A stretch of DNA of 51,226 bases, taken from an uncultured Candidatus Saccharibacteria bacterium. GTDB lineage: Bacteria; Patescibacteriota; Minisyncoccia; UBA6257; 2-01-FULL-56-20. Below the pieces are notes generated by a model that ran no database searches, was not told the DNA's origin, and saw only the letters and a list, made by a program, of their open reading frames with translations. Positions within the stretch are counted from its first letter, which is position 1, and the number at the start of each line of letters is the position of its first letter. The position numbers and the translations under genes were made by a program. The DNA lies in assembly GCA_964555255.1 (NCBI GenBank), contig CAZKRG010000001.1, positions 1 through 51,226 on the forward strand. Reading direction: 5' to 3'. Positions 27,382-36,796 of this stretch are shown piece after piece.

Positions 27382-29109
27382 TCATACTCCTTCAGTCTCC
27401 CTTACCACTTCCTCAAGCATAACAAACCCCTGAAGGGCCTTCAGCACGCCATCCTGCCGCAACGTAATCATCCCCTGCGCTTTCGCTTCTTGGATGATAG
27501 CTTCAAGAGTAGGTCCTCGCACTACGATTTCTTTGAGCCGATCCGTCATTTCCAACACCTCAAAAAGCGCCGCTCGTCCTATAATCCCTTTCCCCTTGCA
27601 CACGGTGCACCCCGGCGCATGGAATATCTTATACGGTTCTCTGAATCGAGACCTAATCTCTTCCGGAATCTCTTCAAGCGTGGATTGAATAATTTTTGCA
27701 AGTTCCGGAGAAGGAACAGTCCCTGTCTTACATGCTGTGCAAAGCTCCCCCACAAGCCGCTGCGCGATCATCACATTCACCGACACGGGGAGAAGAAATG
27801 CTTCTACTCCCATGTCTAATAACCGGGATACCACACTTGATGCATTGTTCGTATGGAGTGTGGAAAGCACAATATGCCCCGTGAGTGCTGCCCGCACCGC
27901 GAGTTCTGCCGTATCATTATCCCGAATTTCCCCCACCATAATTACATCAGGATCTTGCCGGAGAATTTGCCGCAGCCCCGCCGCAAAATCATACCCGATT
28001 TCGGGGTGCACTTGTGATTGATTCACTCCGGGAACGAGGTATTCCACAGGATCTTCCAAACTTACAATATTTACTTCATTATTATTGAGTCGCTGCAACA
28101 CCGCATAAAGCGTCGTCGTTTTCCCCGATCCTGTAGGCCCTGTGACCAAGACCATCCCATACGGCTTCTGGAGATTTCGCTCAACCACCGAGAGACTCCT
28201 TCCCACAAGTCCTAGAGTTTCAAATGATTTAATTCCCACAGAAGGATCAAGCACCCGCACTGCCGCCTTTTCGCCGGAAGGAGTAGGAAACGTCGCTACC
28301 CGGAAGTCGATCTCTCGATCTTGTACCGTGGTACGGAAACGCCCATCCTGAGGTACGCGCGCTTCGTCAATCTTAAGATTAGAAAGTACCTTGATGCGGG
28401 ACACGATCGGCTGCGCAAGTTCGATCGGCAAAGAAGCTACCTCTTGAAGATCCCCATTGATGCGAAACCGTACACGAAGATATTCCTGTTGAGGCTCGAT
28501 ATGCACATCGGACGCGCGCTGCACCACTGCTTCTTCGAACGTGCGCGCCACAATATTAATCACCGGCGCATCCTCAATCTCTCCCTCGTTCATTTGTTTA
28601 AGCTGAACCACTTTTGTAGGCTTTGCCCCAGGCTGCTCCCGAATCGCAGTGAGTGCTTTCTCGATTTCATTGCGATAGGGAGAATATTTTTGGAGCACGC
28701 GCTGCCAATCACTCCAAGAAATAATGTATACTCCGAGACTTGCGCGGTTTGAACGAGCTACAAATTTAAGCGCTTCCTGGGCTTTCACATCATCGGGGTT
28801 AAGCATTCCCACTACAAGCAAATTCTCTTTCTTTTGAAGAGGAGCTACTCCGTACGTTCGCGCAGTAGTCTCCGGGACCACACGCAAAAGTGACTCATCA
28901 AAATGATCAATATCAATCTTCTGATAGGGAACATTGAGCATTTTGCTTTTAAGCTCCGCTACTTCCCCATCATCGACGATGCGCTTCACGTAAAGCGCCT
29001 CTTCGAGAGGACGGTTAGCGAGCAACGCCTCTCGCTGTATCCTTTGAGCAGTAGCCCCATCAATCATTTGAGCCTTTTGAAGTTCTGCAAGCAGTTGTTC
29101 TCCAGTCAT
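27382..29109 (-). CDS. pilB: Type IV pilus assembly ATPase PilB (GspE family)
   Basis: Walker A GPTGSGKTT, VIMVGEIRD, TGHIVLSTLHT, tetracysteine CTACK...CTVCKGKG. Start at ATG 29109 (MTGEQLL) avoids overlap with the upstream ORF. Confidence 0.92.
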   Translation of the reverse strand: MTGEQLLAELQKAQMIDGATAQRIQREALLANRPLEEALYVKRIVDDGEVAELKSKMLNVPYQKIDIDHFDESLLRVVPETTARTYGVAPLQKKENLLVVGMLNPDDVKAQEALKFVARSNRASLGVYIISWSDWQRVLQKYSPYRNEIEKALTAIREQPGAKPTKVVQLKQMNEGEIEDAPVINIVARTFEEAVVQRASDVHIEPQQEYLRVRFRINGDLQEVASLPIELAQPIVSRIKVLSNLKIDEARVPQDGRFRTTVQDREIDFRVATFPTPSGEKAAVRVLDPSVGIKSFETLGLVGRSLSVVERNLQKPYGMVLVTGPTGSGKTTTLYAVLQRLNNNEVNIVSLEDPVEYLVPGVNQSQVHPEIGYDFAAGLRQILRQDPDVIMVGEIRDNDTAELAVRAALTGHIVLSTLHTNNASSVVSRLLDMGVEAFLLPVSVNVMIAQRLVGELCTACKTGTVPSPELAKIIQSTLEEIPEEIRSRFREPYKIFHAPGCTVCKGKGIIGRAALFEVLEMTDRLKEIVVRGPTLEAIIQEAKAQGMITLRQDGVLKALQGFVMLEEVVRETEGV

Positions 29110-29113
29110 AGGA

Positions 29114-29407
29114 TTAAAATCCCAAAAAAGGATTCTTCCTCCCCGCTCTACTCGTGTCCGGGGGAGCCACATATTGCTTCAGAATTTGAAACTGCGGACT
29201 ACGCACCACCCCCTCCGGATTCAGATCAATTTTCGACACCGCCTCCGTATTTTTGAATCCTGAAGGTGCTGTAAAAGAAATGAGTTCGGGATTTTTGAAG
29301 AAAAGATAGTACCCGGCAGTCCCCACTACCCCGATGACAATCACCCATACCACCAAGGTCATAAGACTTATGGAATGACTCTGTTCTTCTTCAATGACAA
29401 TAGCCAT
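29114..29407 (-). CDS. Small single-pass membrane protein in the pilus operon
   Basis: 97 aa, one TM (LMTLVVWVIVIGVVGTAGYYLFF). Position between pilO-like and pilB. No named family. Confidence 0.45.
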   Translation of the reverse strand: MAIVIEEEQSHSISLMTLVVWVIVIGVVGTAGYYLFFKNPELISFTAPSGFKNTEAVSKIDLNPEGVVRSPQFQILKQYVAPPDTSRAGRKNPFLGF

Positions 29408-29412
29408 AATTG

Positions 29413-30000
29413 TTACTGCTTCGGCTGATAATAGGTAACCACAGTCAAATCGACTTTATAAATATCTTGGGTGGATTTTCCTACCGGCACAAGAGAAAGA
29501 GTTCTCACGTCGAAAATACGGACATTGGATTCCAGCTTTTCCAGAAAGCTTTTTAAATTATCATAACTCCCCGAGAAAGAAAATTGGAATAGTAGGGTGC
29601 CGAGAGGGCGATTGAGGATTGACCCACTCGGAGGAGCGATTGCCGTAGGAGCATCGTTTTGTTGCGGAGTAATTGCGAAGGACTGAGCTCCCAGTGTTTG
29701 GTCCTGTACAAGACCTCCCAATTGAGTAAGTGCTCCCGACACATCTCTCTCGAGAGGAAGGGTGAGGCTCACTAGATTCCGAAGATCGGCTTCATTATTA
29801 TAACTACTAACAAGTTGCTGGACTTTCCGCACCACTTCCTGCTGTTGTAATACAAATTGCTGCCGGGCTTGCACATCCCCCTTAATTTTTTGCGCTTCTT
29901 GGTACGCGGGCCGGATAAAGTTAGAAAAGAGGAGAAAAGCCCCTCCTATGAGAAAAAGGGAGAAAAGCACACTAAAAAGTCGTTTGGTACTCTGCTTCAT
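29413..30000 (-). CDS. pilO: PilO-like pilus assembly protein
   Basis: Start ATG 30000 (MKQSTKRLFSVLFSLFLIGGAFLLF) overlaps the pilN-like stop (ATGA). N-terminal TM plus coiled coil plus C-terminal domain, in syntenic position. Confidence 0.6.
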   Translation of the reverse strand: MKQSTKRLFSVLFSLFLIGGAFLLFSNFIRPAYQEAQKIKGDVQARQQFVLQQQEVVRKVQQLVSSYNNEADLRNLVSLTLPLERDVSGALTQLGGLVQDQTLGAQSFAITPQQNDAPTAIAPPSGSILNRPLGTLLFQFSFSGSYDNLKSFLEKLESNVRIFDVRTLSLVPVGKSTQDIYKVDLTVVTYYQPKQ

Positions 30001-30566
30001 GAAGAAGAAAGGGTAGAAGTAGCGACAAATACCGAGGGCAAGAGAAGGAGGGTACCCGAAAATTCCCACGTCTTATCGTTTGTGAAAGAAGCGCGATCCA
30101 TCGCTGCCGATTGAATCTCGGGAATACGTTCAAAAATCGCGAGTTGCTCTTCAACATCGGTGAGATTTTTCGCCACCCCCACAAAATTTACCTTCCCCGA
30201 AGGAACATCTATCGAAAGCTGCCGAAAATATACATTTTGTTGGGTCACACGCTCCAGCCACGCGAAGAATGCGCTGAGCGACACGCGACGGTCGAGAAGA
30301 TTACGGATATTCTCGAGTTGTGAATAAAATGAAATGATCTTATCTTGCTCTGTTGCGGGGATTTCTTGAACAAAAGCTTGAATTTTATCGTTTAAAGATT
30401 TCCGTTGTCTCTCAAAATACGGCCGATAGCCGAAAACAATCCCTCCATACACAAATAATCCAATGAGAAAAAGAGTGCCGGAAAAAAGGAGTAGCTGCCC
30501 CGCAAGTCCTGGTGTAGTCACTGATCCTTGGGTCAATCGATCTACTACTTTTTGAGGAAGAGGCAT
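29997..30566 (-). CDS. pilN: PilN-like pilus assembly protein
   Basis: 189 aa. Cytoplasmic N-terminus, one TM (LLLFSGTLFLIGLFVYGGIVF), periplasmic domain. Follows pilM. Confidence 0.6.
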   Translation of the reverse strand: MPLPQKVVDRLTQGSVTTPGLAGQLLLFSGTLFLIGLFVYGGIVFGYRPYFERQRKSLNDKIQAFVQEIPATEQDKIISFYSQLENIRNLLDRRVSLSAFFAWLERVTQQNVYFRQLSIDVPSGKVNFVGVAKNLTDVEEQLAIFERIPEIQSAAMDRASFTNDKTWEFSGTLLLLPSVFVATSTLSSS

Positions 30567-30616
30567 GAAATAATTTTCGAAGTTACTTGAGGATTATGGA
30601 TTGAAAATTTCGATTA

Positions 30617-31708
30617 CTATATGAATTCTCTCATAACAAGTCCCATTGCTACAGAGAGTATGGAACCTACCTCCGGAAGGAGAGGCTCCAATTCAGGAGC
30701 ATATTCGAAACGGGTAAAGGGAGCAGCCTTTACTACTGGAAGACCTACTTCCTTCTCAAAATATCCAGCAACCCCCGCAAGGTTAGCGCCCCCCCCAGTG
30801 AGGATCACCCGTTCGGGATCGGAAACTCCAGAGAACTGGCTTCTGTAGTTAAATTGAGCCCTTTTCACCTCATTAATTATAGCATCCAAAAATGGCAACA
30901 TGATTGTGGATAATTCGTAGCTTTGACCCGCCTGCGCCACTCCGCGTTCCCGTTTAAGTTCTTCAGCGCGAAGTGGATTGATATTTAGCCCCTGTGCAAG
31001 AGCTTGCGTGAGAGACGCTCCCGCAAAATCGCTCTGAGAAATATAGCGAAGCATCCCCTGAGCCGCGAAAGCAATATTTGTGGAACGGCTTCCAATATCC
31101 ACTACAATAGTAGGAGTAGGATCTTGAGCAGTAAGAAGCCGTGCAAGACCCAAACTTTCAATTTCGAGCACTCTGAGATTTAAGCCAGCTGCAGCGAAAA
31201 GCTGACGATACCGCTGAATCTGCTCGCGCGATACGGAGATAAGCAAAATCTGGTCATGCTTGTATCCCTTACTTTCGAACTCCCCCACCTTCAGCCAATC
31301 GATTGCCACTTCTGAAAGAGGTTGGGGTATATATTCCTTGGCTTGAAATGCAATCGTTTTTTTAAGTTCTTCCGGCGTCATCGAGGGAAAATCCAAAACG
31401 GTTGTGAAAGCAGAAAATATGGGGAGAGAAGCGATAACCTCGCGGGCCCGCGGCTTCATTTTCCGCATAAGTACCTGTAATAGTTCAGCAGCTTCTTCCT
31501 CAAAAAGTTTGAGCGTGCTCGTTTGAAGCACATTATTGGACCGGAGAAGATAACCTCCAAGTTCAAGTATTCCGTAGTTCAGCAATGCCGGGAGTTTCTC
31601 TCCTCGCTTCACTTCCACTGCTTTAATCGAAGTGGTACCAATATCTATCCCAAGATAAGAAGGAAAGGTTCTCTGTCGCAAGTTGTAAAACACACTCCAC
31701 ATATCCAT
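30617..31708 (-). CDS. pilM: PilM (actin-like ATPase fold) pilus assembly protein
   Basis: Start set at ATG 31708 (MDMWSVF...SYLGIDIGTTSIKAVEV). VVDIGSRSTNIA and ILTGGGANLAGV motifs of the ASKHA fold. Confidence 0.8.
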   Translation of the reverse strand: MDMWSVFYNLRQRTFPSYLGIDIGTTSIKAVEVKRGEKLPALLNYGILELGGYLLRSNNVLQTSTLKLFEEEAAELLQVLMRKMKPRAREVIASLPIFSAFTTVLDFPSMTPEELKKTIAFQAKEYIPQPLSEVAIDWLKVGEFESKGYKHDQILLISVSREQIQRYRQLFAAAGLNLRVLEIESLGLARLLTAQDPTPTIVVDIGSRSTNIAFAAQGMLRYISQSDFAGASLTQALAQGLNINPLRAEELKRERGVAQAGQSYELSTIMLPFLDAIINEVKRAQFNYRSQFSGVSDPERVILTGGGANLAGVAGYFEKEVGLPVVKAAPFTRFEYAPELEPLLPEVGSILSVAMGLVMREFI

Positions 31709-31826
31709 AGTATACCGCAAACCCTCAAGAGAAATTTTCAATGGAGACAACTCGCATACTGAATCAAGAACCCATAGCCACGGGAAGTAAAATGGCATAC
31801 AAAAATACAGAAGAGTATTATGGTAA

Positions 31827-32522
31827 GTGATGCTCGGCTCACTTCTTAATTTTCTCTTCCCTCCCCGCTGCCTCTTCTGCCATACTCCACTCCCCTCCGC
31901 GAAAGAAGCATTATGCAAAGAATGTACCGCCGCTATCCCTATTGAATCGACCCTCCGCTGCGGTGAATGTTTTGCACGCATACCCGAAACCACTAAAATA
32001 TGCCACAGAGACTTTCCCTATCTTTTAGGCGCTGCTTCTTCCTATCACGACCCGCGCATCCGCACGCTCGTACACCATTTAAAATTCCGCCACGCGCATG
32101 CAGCAGCAAGCACACTTGCGAAATGTATCGAAAAATATTTTCAGCAACTTCCACTACTCACAGATTCCTTCATTGTGGTTCCTATGCCACTCTCTCCAAA
32201 ACGAAAAAGGGAACGTGGTTATAACCAAGTAGAGCTCATCGCACAACACCTCTATACAACATACAAACTCCCCATAATTTCAGACGTCCTCCTTCGCACG
32301 ACCAACACCAAACCTCAAAGTGAACTCCCTACCTGGAACGAACGCCGGACAAATATAGTGAATGCATTCTCGGTAATATCTCCGGAAAAGGTGCGATCAC
32401 AAAACTGTCTCCTCTTAGACGATGTTTCCACCTCCGGAGCAACCTTCTTCGAAGCAGCGACTACACTCAAACGCGCCGGCGCCCACAAAATCATCGCCCT
32501 CGCCGCCGCGAGAGCGAGATAA
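31827..32522 (+). CDS. comFC: ComF-family protein (ComFC, PRTase domain)
   Basis: 231 aa. N-terminal CxxC...CxxC, RGYNQVE, and C-terminal PRTase motif LLLDDVSTSGATF. Confidence 0.8.
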   Translation: MMLGSLLNFLFPPRCLFCHTPLPSAKEALCKECTAAIPIESTLRCGECFARIPETTKICHRDFPYLLGAASSYHDPRIRTLVHHLKFRHAHAAASTLAKCIEKYFQQLPLLTDSFIVVPMPLSPKRKRERGYNQVELIAQHLYTTYKLPIISDVLLRTTNTKPQSELPTWNERRTNIVNAFSVISPEKVRSQNCLLLDDVSTSGATFFEAATTLKRAGAHKIIALAAARAR

Positions 32523-32694
32523 ATGCAACGAGAAATTCTTCATCTATTCGCTCCCCTGCCTCTTCAAGAATAAGCCAACACCCTCCATTTCCCCCTTTAT
32601 ATCAATAATTAAGAAGAGAGAAAAAATAACTTTGCAAACTTCAATACACATCACAGAGCATTTTATGACTGCGCTCGAACTATAAGTTTGATTA

Positions 32695-32769
32695 TGGAGC
32701 GGGTGAGCGGAATCGAACCGCCGTATCATGCTTGGCAAGCATGCGCACTAACCACTGTGCTACACCCGC
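32695..32769 (-). tRNA. tRNA-Gly (anticodon GCC), CCA encoded
   Basis: GCGGGTG TA GCAC AGTGGTTA GTGC G CATGC TTGCCAA GCATG ATAC GGCGG TTCGATT CCGCT CACCCGC T CCA. Confidence 0.92.
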
Positions 32770-32913
32770 TAAACAAAGCTATTGTAGTAATTTCCGACTA
32801 AGCAAGTCAATCCAAACTAGTATTTTCTCTTACAACTGTCATCCTCCGCCAACTACCTTGCATATTCTGTTTGATTTACAATCTTTTCCTGTAACTATAC
32901 AACAATTCAAAAC

Positions 32914-33114
32914 TTATTGCGGCGGAGGCCCGGAAGGGCCCTTAATGAAAGGCGCTCCGGTAGGTCCATGAAAAATAGTAGAAGAAACAGAGGAAGGCGG
33001 GCTCCAAGCAGAAGAAGGCGCGAGAGTCTGCTCTCGGCGAGAAAAAAATGCGAGTAGAACAAAAACCCCGAGAAGTATTATGACCCCCACTCCCACTAAA
33101 ATACGCTTTTGCAT
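32914..33114 (-). CDS. Possible small membrane-anchored Pro/Ser-rich protein
   Basis: MQKRILVGVGVIILLGVFVLLAFF then a low-complexity tail ending GPSGPPPQ. No RBS verified. Confidence 0.3.
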   Translation of the reverse strand: MQKRILVGVGVIILLGVFVLLAFFSRREQTLAPSSAWSPPSSVSSTIFHGPTGAPFIKGPSGPPPQ

Positions 33115-33149
33115 ACAATAAGTATACACAATTCCACTCTCATTTGCAG

Positions 33150-33715
33150 CGTCCCCTCACAAGAGCCACACCTATTATCGGTGCTAGAGCAAGGGATGGA
33201 CCCAGTCACATGCGTTCGTGAAGAAGCGGTGCCGCGGCATTCGAGTAGAAGCTGGAGATCCTGCAATTCAATGGGGTGGAGAAAACTTACTTCCAGAGTC
33301 AACTGGCAACGCCTCATGTGGATTGGGAATACCAGCGAGATGAGGAGATCAAGGCGCTCACGCTGCGAGGGGGTCAACTCAGTGACCGTCTGGGCCTGCT
33401 GACCGACGCGTTCCTTGATGACACAATCGAAAAGCAGTTGTTTGGAGAGCGGAAGGCGGCCTTACTCCATGGGCGCAAGGGACTGGAGGAAAAAACAGCA
33501 GAATTACGACAGACTGGATAGGAGAGGCAAGACAAGCTCGCCGAATTCCTTGAACTCGCCGGAACCGCGTCGTTGCTATATAAAATGGCTCTGGCGAGTG
33601 AAAAACGTGATTTGGTCAAAATTTTCACCTCGAACCGGGTTTGTTGACGGAAAAAACGTTATATTTACGCTCTCAAATCCGTTTCGAGACGCGCAAAACG
33701 CACCAAAAGTTCAAA
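33150..33715 (+). pseudogene. Large serine recombinase C-terminal remnants in three frames
   Basis: Fragments ...TCVREEAV..., ...LSDRLGLLTDAFLDDTIEKQLFGERKAALLHGRKGLEEKTAELRQ... and ...LAEFLELAGTASLLYKMALASEKRDLVKIFTSNRV.DGKNVIFTLSNPF... resemble the Zn-ribbon/coiled-coil tail of recombinase-family proteins. They abut tRNA-Arg. Confidence 0.5.
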
Positions 33716-33718
33716 CGG

Positions 33719-33790
33719 TGTCCCCACGAGGAATTGAACCTCGATTTCATCCTCCGCAGGGATGCGCTCTATCCGTTGAGCTATGGGGAC
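33719..33790 (-). tRNA. tRNA-Arg (anticodon GCG)
   Basis: GTCCCCA TA GCTC AACGGATA GAGC G CATCC CTGCGGA GGATG AAAT CGAGG TTCAATT CCTCG TGGGGAC A. Confidence 0.85.
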
Positions 33791-33816
33791 AATACTGCAT
33801 CCTCACAACATCGAAG

Positions 33817-34296
33817 CTAAAAACGAAAAAATTCTTCAATTACTTCGACAAAGGAGCGGAAATCTTGCGTCTCCGGGCACCATAGAGAAATTTTCTTCTT
33901 AAACCCAGCGAACACATCTCGGGGAATAAAAATTCGAAGAGGTGGCCGCAATCCATTACGAAAGCGGAGAAATACCGTGAACCCGCCCTCTTCTTCCTCT
34001 GTGCTAAAACTTGCGAAATCCTGCCAAGCATAATGCATCCGATCATTAATATTCAATTCTTTCATCTCCGCCCGGAATGTCACAAACTCTGGAGTACGAC
34101 TCCCCCAGGTAAGTACCAATATTTCAGCAATCACCACAAACACTCCAAAAAGAAAGTTTCTTCCCCATGCTGCTACCGCAAGTAAGAGTACCGCAACAAT
34201 AATGGTAAGCCAATACCAGGAAACCCCTTTATGCCAATAGGTAAATTCAGGGGCCCGCCACTCAATACGGTCATTATTAGGATTGGAATCAGGCAC
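33817..34296 (-). CDS. Two-TM membrane protein, unknown function
   Basis: 159 aa. WYWLTIIVAVLLLAVAAW and FLFGVFVVIAEILVL helices followed by a soluble domain. Confidence 0.5.
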   Translation of the reverse strand: MPDSNPNNDRIEWRAPEFTYWHKGVSWYWLTIIVAVLLLAVAAWGRNFLFGVFVVIAEILVLTWGSRTPEFVTFRAEMKELNINDRMHYAWQDFASFSTEEEEGGFTVFLRFRNGLRPPLRIFIPRDVFAGFKKKISLWCPETQDFRSFVEVIEEFFRF

Positions 34297-34470
34297 TTCT
34301 CCATCCTAGACCCTCTCCTTAAATTAATCCAGTACCACCGGAATTACGACAAAATCTTTGACGCAAAAGATCAAAAACAATATTATTAAGATCACAAGAA
34401 CGTTACCGCGGAGGTGAAATAACATAAGCAAAAAACGTATAGTAACTAAGACTGATTATATTCGTTTTCT

Positions 34471-35001
34471 ATGGTGGATGAGCGCAAAATAATTAAAAGC
34501 GCCGTCGCGGGTGAGGCCTCGGCTTTTGGCAAACTCTATGATCAATATCAACCGCAAATTTATCGGTTTATATTGTTCAAAGTAGGCCATCGTGAGGAAG
34601 CAGAAGACCTCACCCATGAGGTATTTGTGAGCGCATGGCAAAATATAAGTAAGTACCGAGATTTCGGTTTCCCTTTCTCAGGATGGTTGTACCGGATCGC
34701 CCGGAATCGAGTTATCGACCATTATCGAACAAAAAAAACTCCTGCCTCAATTGATGATATAGATCCAGAATATTTTGCAGTCCCTACCGCCACTCCAACC
34801 ACACTTGAGGAAAAATTGGAAATCGAACGTGTGCGGAAGGCGCTCACACACCTGAAACCCGAGTATCAAGATGTTCTTATTATGCGTTTCATCGAAGAAC
34901 TTTCCCTTAAAGAAACTGCTGCTGCCCTCGGTAAAACCGAAGGCGCAGTAAAACTTATGCAGTACAGAGCTATGAAATCCCTCCAAGAATTAGTGCAATA
35001 A
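34471..35001 (+). CDS. ECF-type RNA polymerase sigma-70 family factor
   Basis: 176 aa. Region 2 (FGKLYDQYQPQIYRFILFKV...AEDLTHEVFVSAW...WLYRIARNRVIDHYR) and region 4 HTH (LSLKETAAALGKTEGAVKLMQYRAMKSL). Confidence 0.85.
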   Translation: MVDERKIIKSAVAGEASAFGKLYDQYQPQIYRFILFKVGHREEAEDLTHEVFVSAWQNISKYRDFGFPFSGWLYRIARNRVIDHYRTKKTPASIDDIDPEYFAVPTATPTTLEEKLEIERVRKALTHLKPEYQDVLIMRFIEELSLKETAAALGKTEGAVKLMQYRAMKSLQELVQ

Positions 35002-35012
35002 AATAACATATC

Positions 35013-35507
35013 ATGAGTCTGCTCACCACCCTAAAAAAGATGCGCGAAATACAACCCGACCCGCATTACCAAGCACGGTCCAGGAGCATCGTGTTGCGCA
35101 CGGCCTTTCCGCAACCCCCTATTCGTGCTGTATGGAAATGGTTCATAATAAACATAGAATCTGCAGCTTCGCTTGCGCTTGCAGGGACACTCCTCTTTCT
35201 TGTATTTTCGGGATTTTCAATTTGGAAGTCACTCTCTCCCCTAGGAATTGCCCGACCAGATCTGAATGCACTACGAGCAGAAGCAGAAGCTATCGATATT
35301 CAAATTCAACTCGCCAACCTCAGTTATCAAGAATCCACAGTCTCCCTCCTCGCCCCCGCATCATCCCCAAAAATTTTAGAATTAGAAAAAGAATCAGCAA
35401 CAAATGCCTCCAATAATTCACTTTCGACAACCTCCTCAAGATTTACCGACACGCTTTCCACCTCCACTCTTTCTATCGACAGCGCGCTCGAAAAATTAGC
35501 GCAATAA
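35013..35507 (+). CDS. Membrane protein, possible anti-sigma factor partner
   Basis: 164 aa, a single central TM. Located immediately downstream of the ECF sigma gene. Inferred from position only. Confidence 0.4.
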   Translation: MSLLTTLKKMREIQPDPHYQARSRSIVLRTAFPQPPIRAVWKWFIINIESAASLALAGTLLFLVFSGFSIWKSLSPLGIARPDLNALRAEAEAIDIQIQLANLSYQESTVSLLAPASSPKILELEKESATNASNNSLSTTSSRFTDTLSTSTLSIDSALEKLAQ

Positions 35508-35511
35508 AAAT

Positions 35512-36267
35512 ATGAAGCGTTTTTTTGCTATCCACGTGCCGTGGCTTGCGCTTCTTCTCTCCCTATACACCACCCATGCGAGTGCCGCCGCGACAAATTC
35601 CTTCTGTGCACTAGATGCACAATCATTCGCGGCACTCCAAAAAATGAATTCGAATGCTCCCGACTCCATTCAGATTGAACTCCAAACCAGAAAAGAACTC
35701 CTCCAAAAAGTGCTCGCCTGCCTTCAAAATGAAGCAGAGGCCGCTCGTGAGAATATTACGAGCGTCTCCACCGCTGACTCAAACATGCAAGTGATACAAA
35801 ATAATCTCATTGCCGCCCTCGATAACGCCGATCGGTTCTACGCCAACGAAAAAAATACGGTGCCGGATGCCGGTTTGTATTCTGCTAAGGAAATCGCTGC
35901 CACCACAAGAGAATGGCGCGCGAATACCTTCCTCCCAGAACTCGAGCGGATAGACATGTTCGTCACTTGGGCAAATAATGAGAGCTTTCTCACCACTGCA
36001 AAAAACCGCCTTCAAGATTTGAACCGTAGCGTGCAAATACTACAACTTGTGGAGTACTCCGACGATATCCAAGCACTCCTTAGTAAAGCCGGAAGAAGCT
36101 ATTCTTCAGCCCGCTCCTTCGAAGACCAAGCGCGTGCTGCATTTATAAACGGCACCGACCCCTCTTCTCCCTTAAAACTCTCTCTCGAAGCGCTCGCAAA
36201 CACCTACAACTCTTTTTTGGATCTTAGCAATACCATCACCACGCTCCTCCCGCGAGGTAAAAAATAA
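35512..36267 (+). CDS. Secreted helical protein, unknown function
   Basis: 251 aa with signal peptide MKRFFAIHVPWLALLLSLYTTHASA. Third gene of the sigma module. Confidence 0.45.
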   Translation: MKRFFAIHVPWLALLLSLYTTHASAAATNSFCALDAQSFAALQKMNSNAPDSIQIELQTRKELLQKVLACLQNEAEAARENITSVSTADSNMQVIQNNLIAALDNADRFYANEKNTVPDAGLYSAKEIAATTREWRANTFLPELERIDMFVTWANNESFLTTAKNRLQDLNRSVQILQLVEYSDDIQALLSKAGRSYSSARSFEDQARAAFINGTDPSSPLKLSLEALANTYNSFLDLSNTITTLLPRGKK

Positions 36268-36292
36268 AAACTCCCCAGGAAGGGGAGTTTTT
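36266..36292. terminator. Bidirectional intrinsic terminator
   Basis: aaaaactcccc-aggaa-ggggagttttt between convergent genes. Confidence 0.65.
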
Positions 36293-36308
36293 GAAGAGAT
36301 CAAAAAAC

Positions 36309-36584
36309 TTACTTTACCGCCTCCTTAAGCATTTTCCCAGCTCGGAACTTTGGTTTCACGGAGGCAGGAATTTGGATAGTTTCCCCGGTTTTGGGGTTCC
36401 GCCCCTGTCGAGCGGCCCGCTTCGCTACGCGAAAAGTCCCGAAACCCGTAATTGCCACATCTTCACCACGGCCAAGAGACTTCGTAATCGTATCGAAAAC
36501 AGCCTCTACCGCGCGGTGTGCTGCCACTTTGGTTTCAATTTCCGCAGCTTTCATTACTGCATCCACCAATCCGTCTTTGGTCAT
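36309..36584 (-). CDS. hup: HU-family DNA-binding protein
   Basis: Start at ATG 36584 (MTKDGLVDAV...). GFGTFRVAKRAARQGRNPKTGETIQIPA is the HU arm. Confidence 0.9.
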   Translation of the reverse strand: MTKDGLVDAVMKAAEIETKVAAHRAVEAVFDTITKSLGRGEDVAITGFGTFRVAKRAARQGRNPKTGETIQIPASVKPKFRAGKMLKEAVK

Positions 36585-36796
36585 AAGAAATAGTTTATTA
36601 TTAGATAAAAGATTAAAGGCCAAAAGTGAACATGGTTACTTATCACCTCCAACTTTTAATCTATACATTCCGACCTTTTTCCCTCAATATGATGCTCTGA
36701 AGTACCCACTCACTGTACCTAAGTAGTATAGCAAAATCAAGGAATATTCGCGAATAAAGAAGACTTGACTAACCCTATGAATCCATGCGTCTTAAT

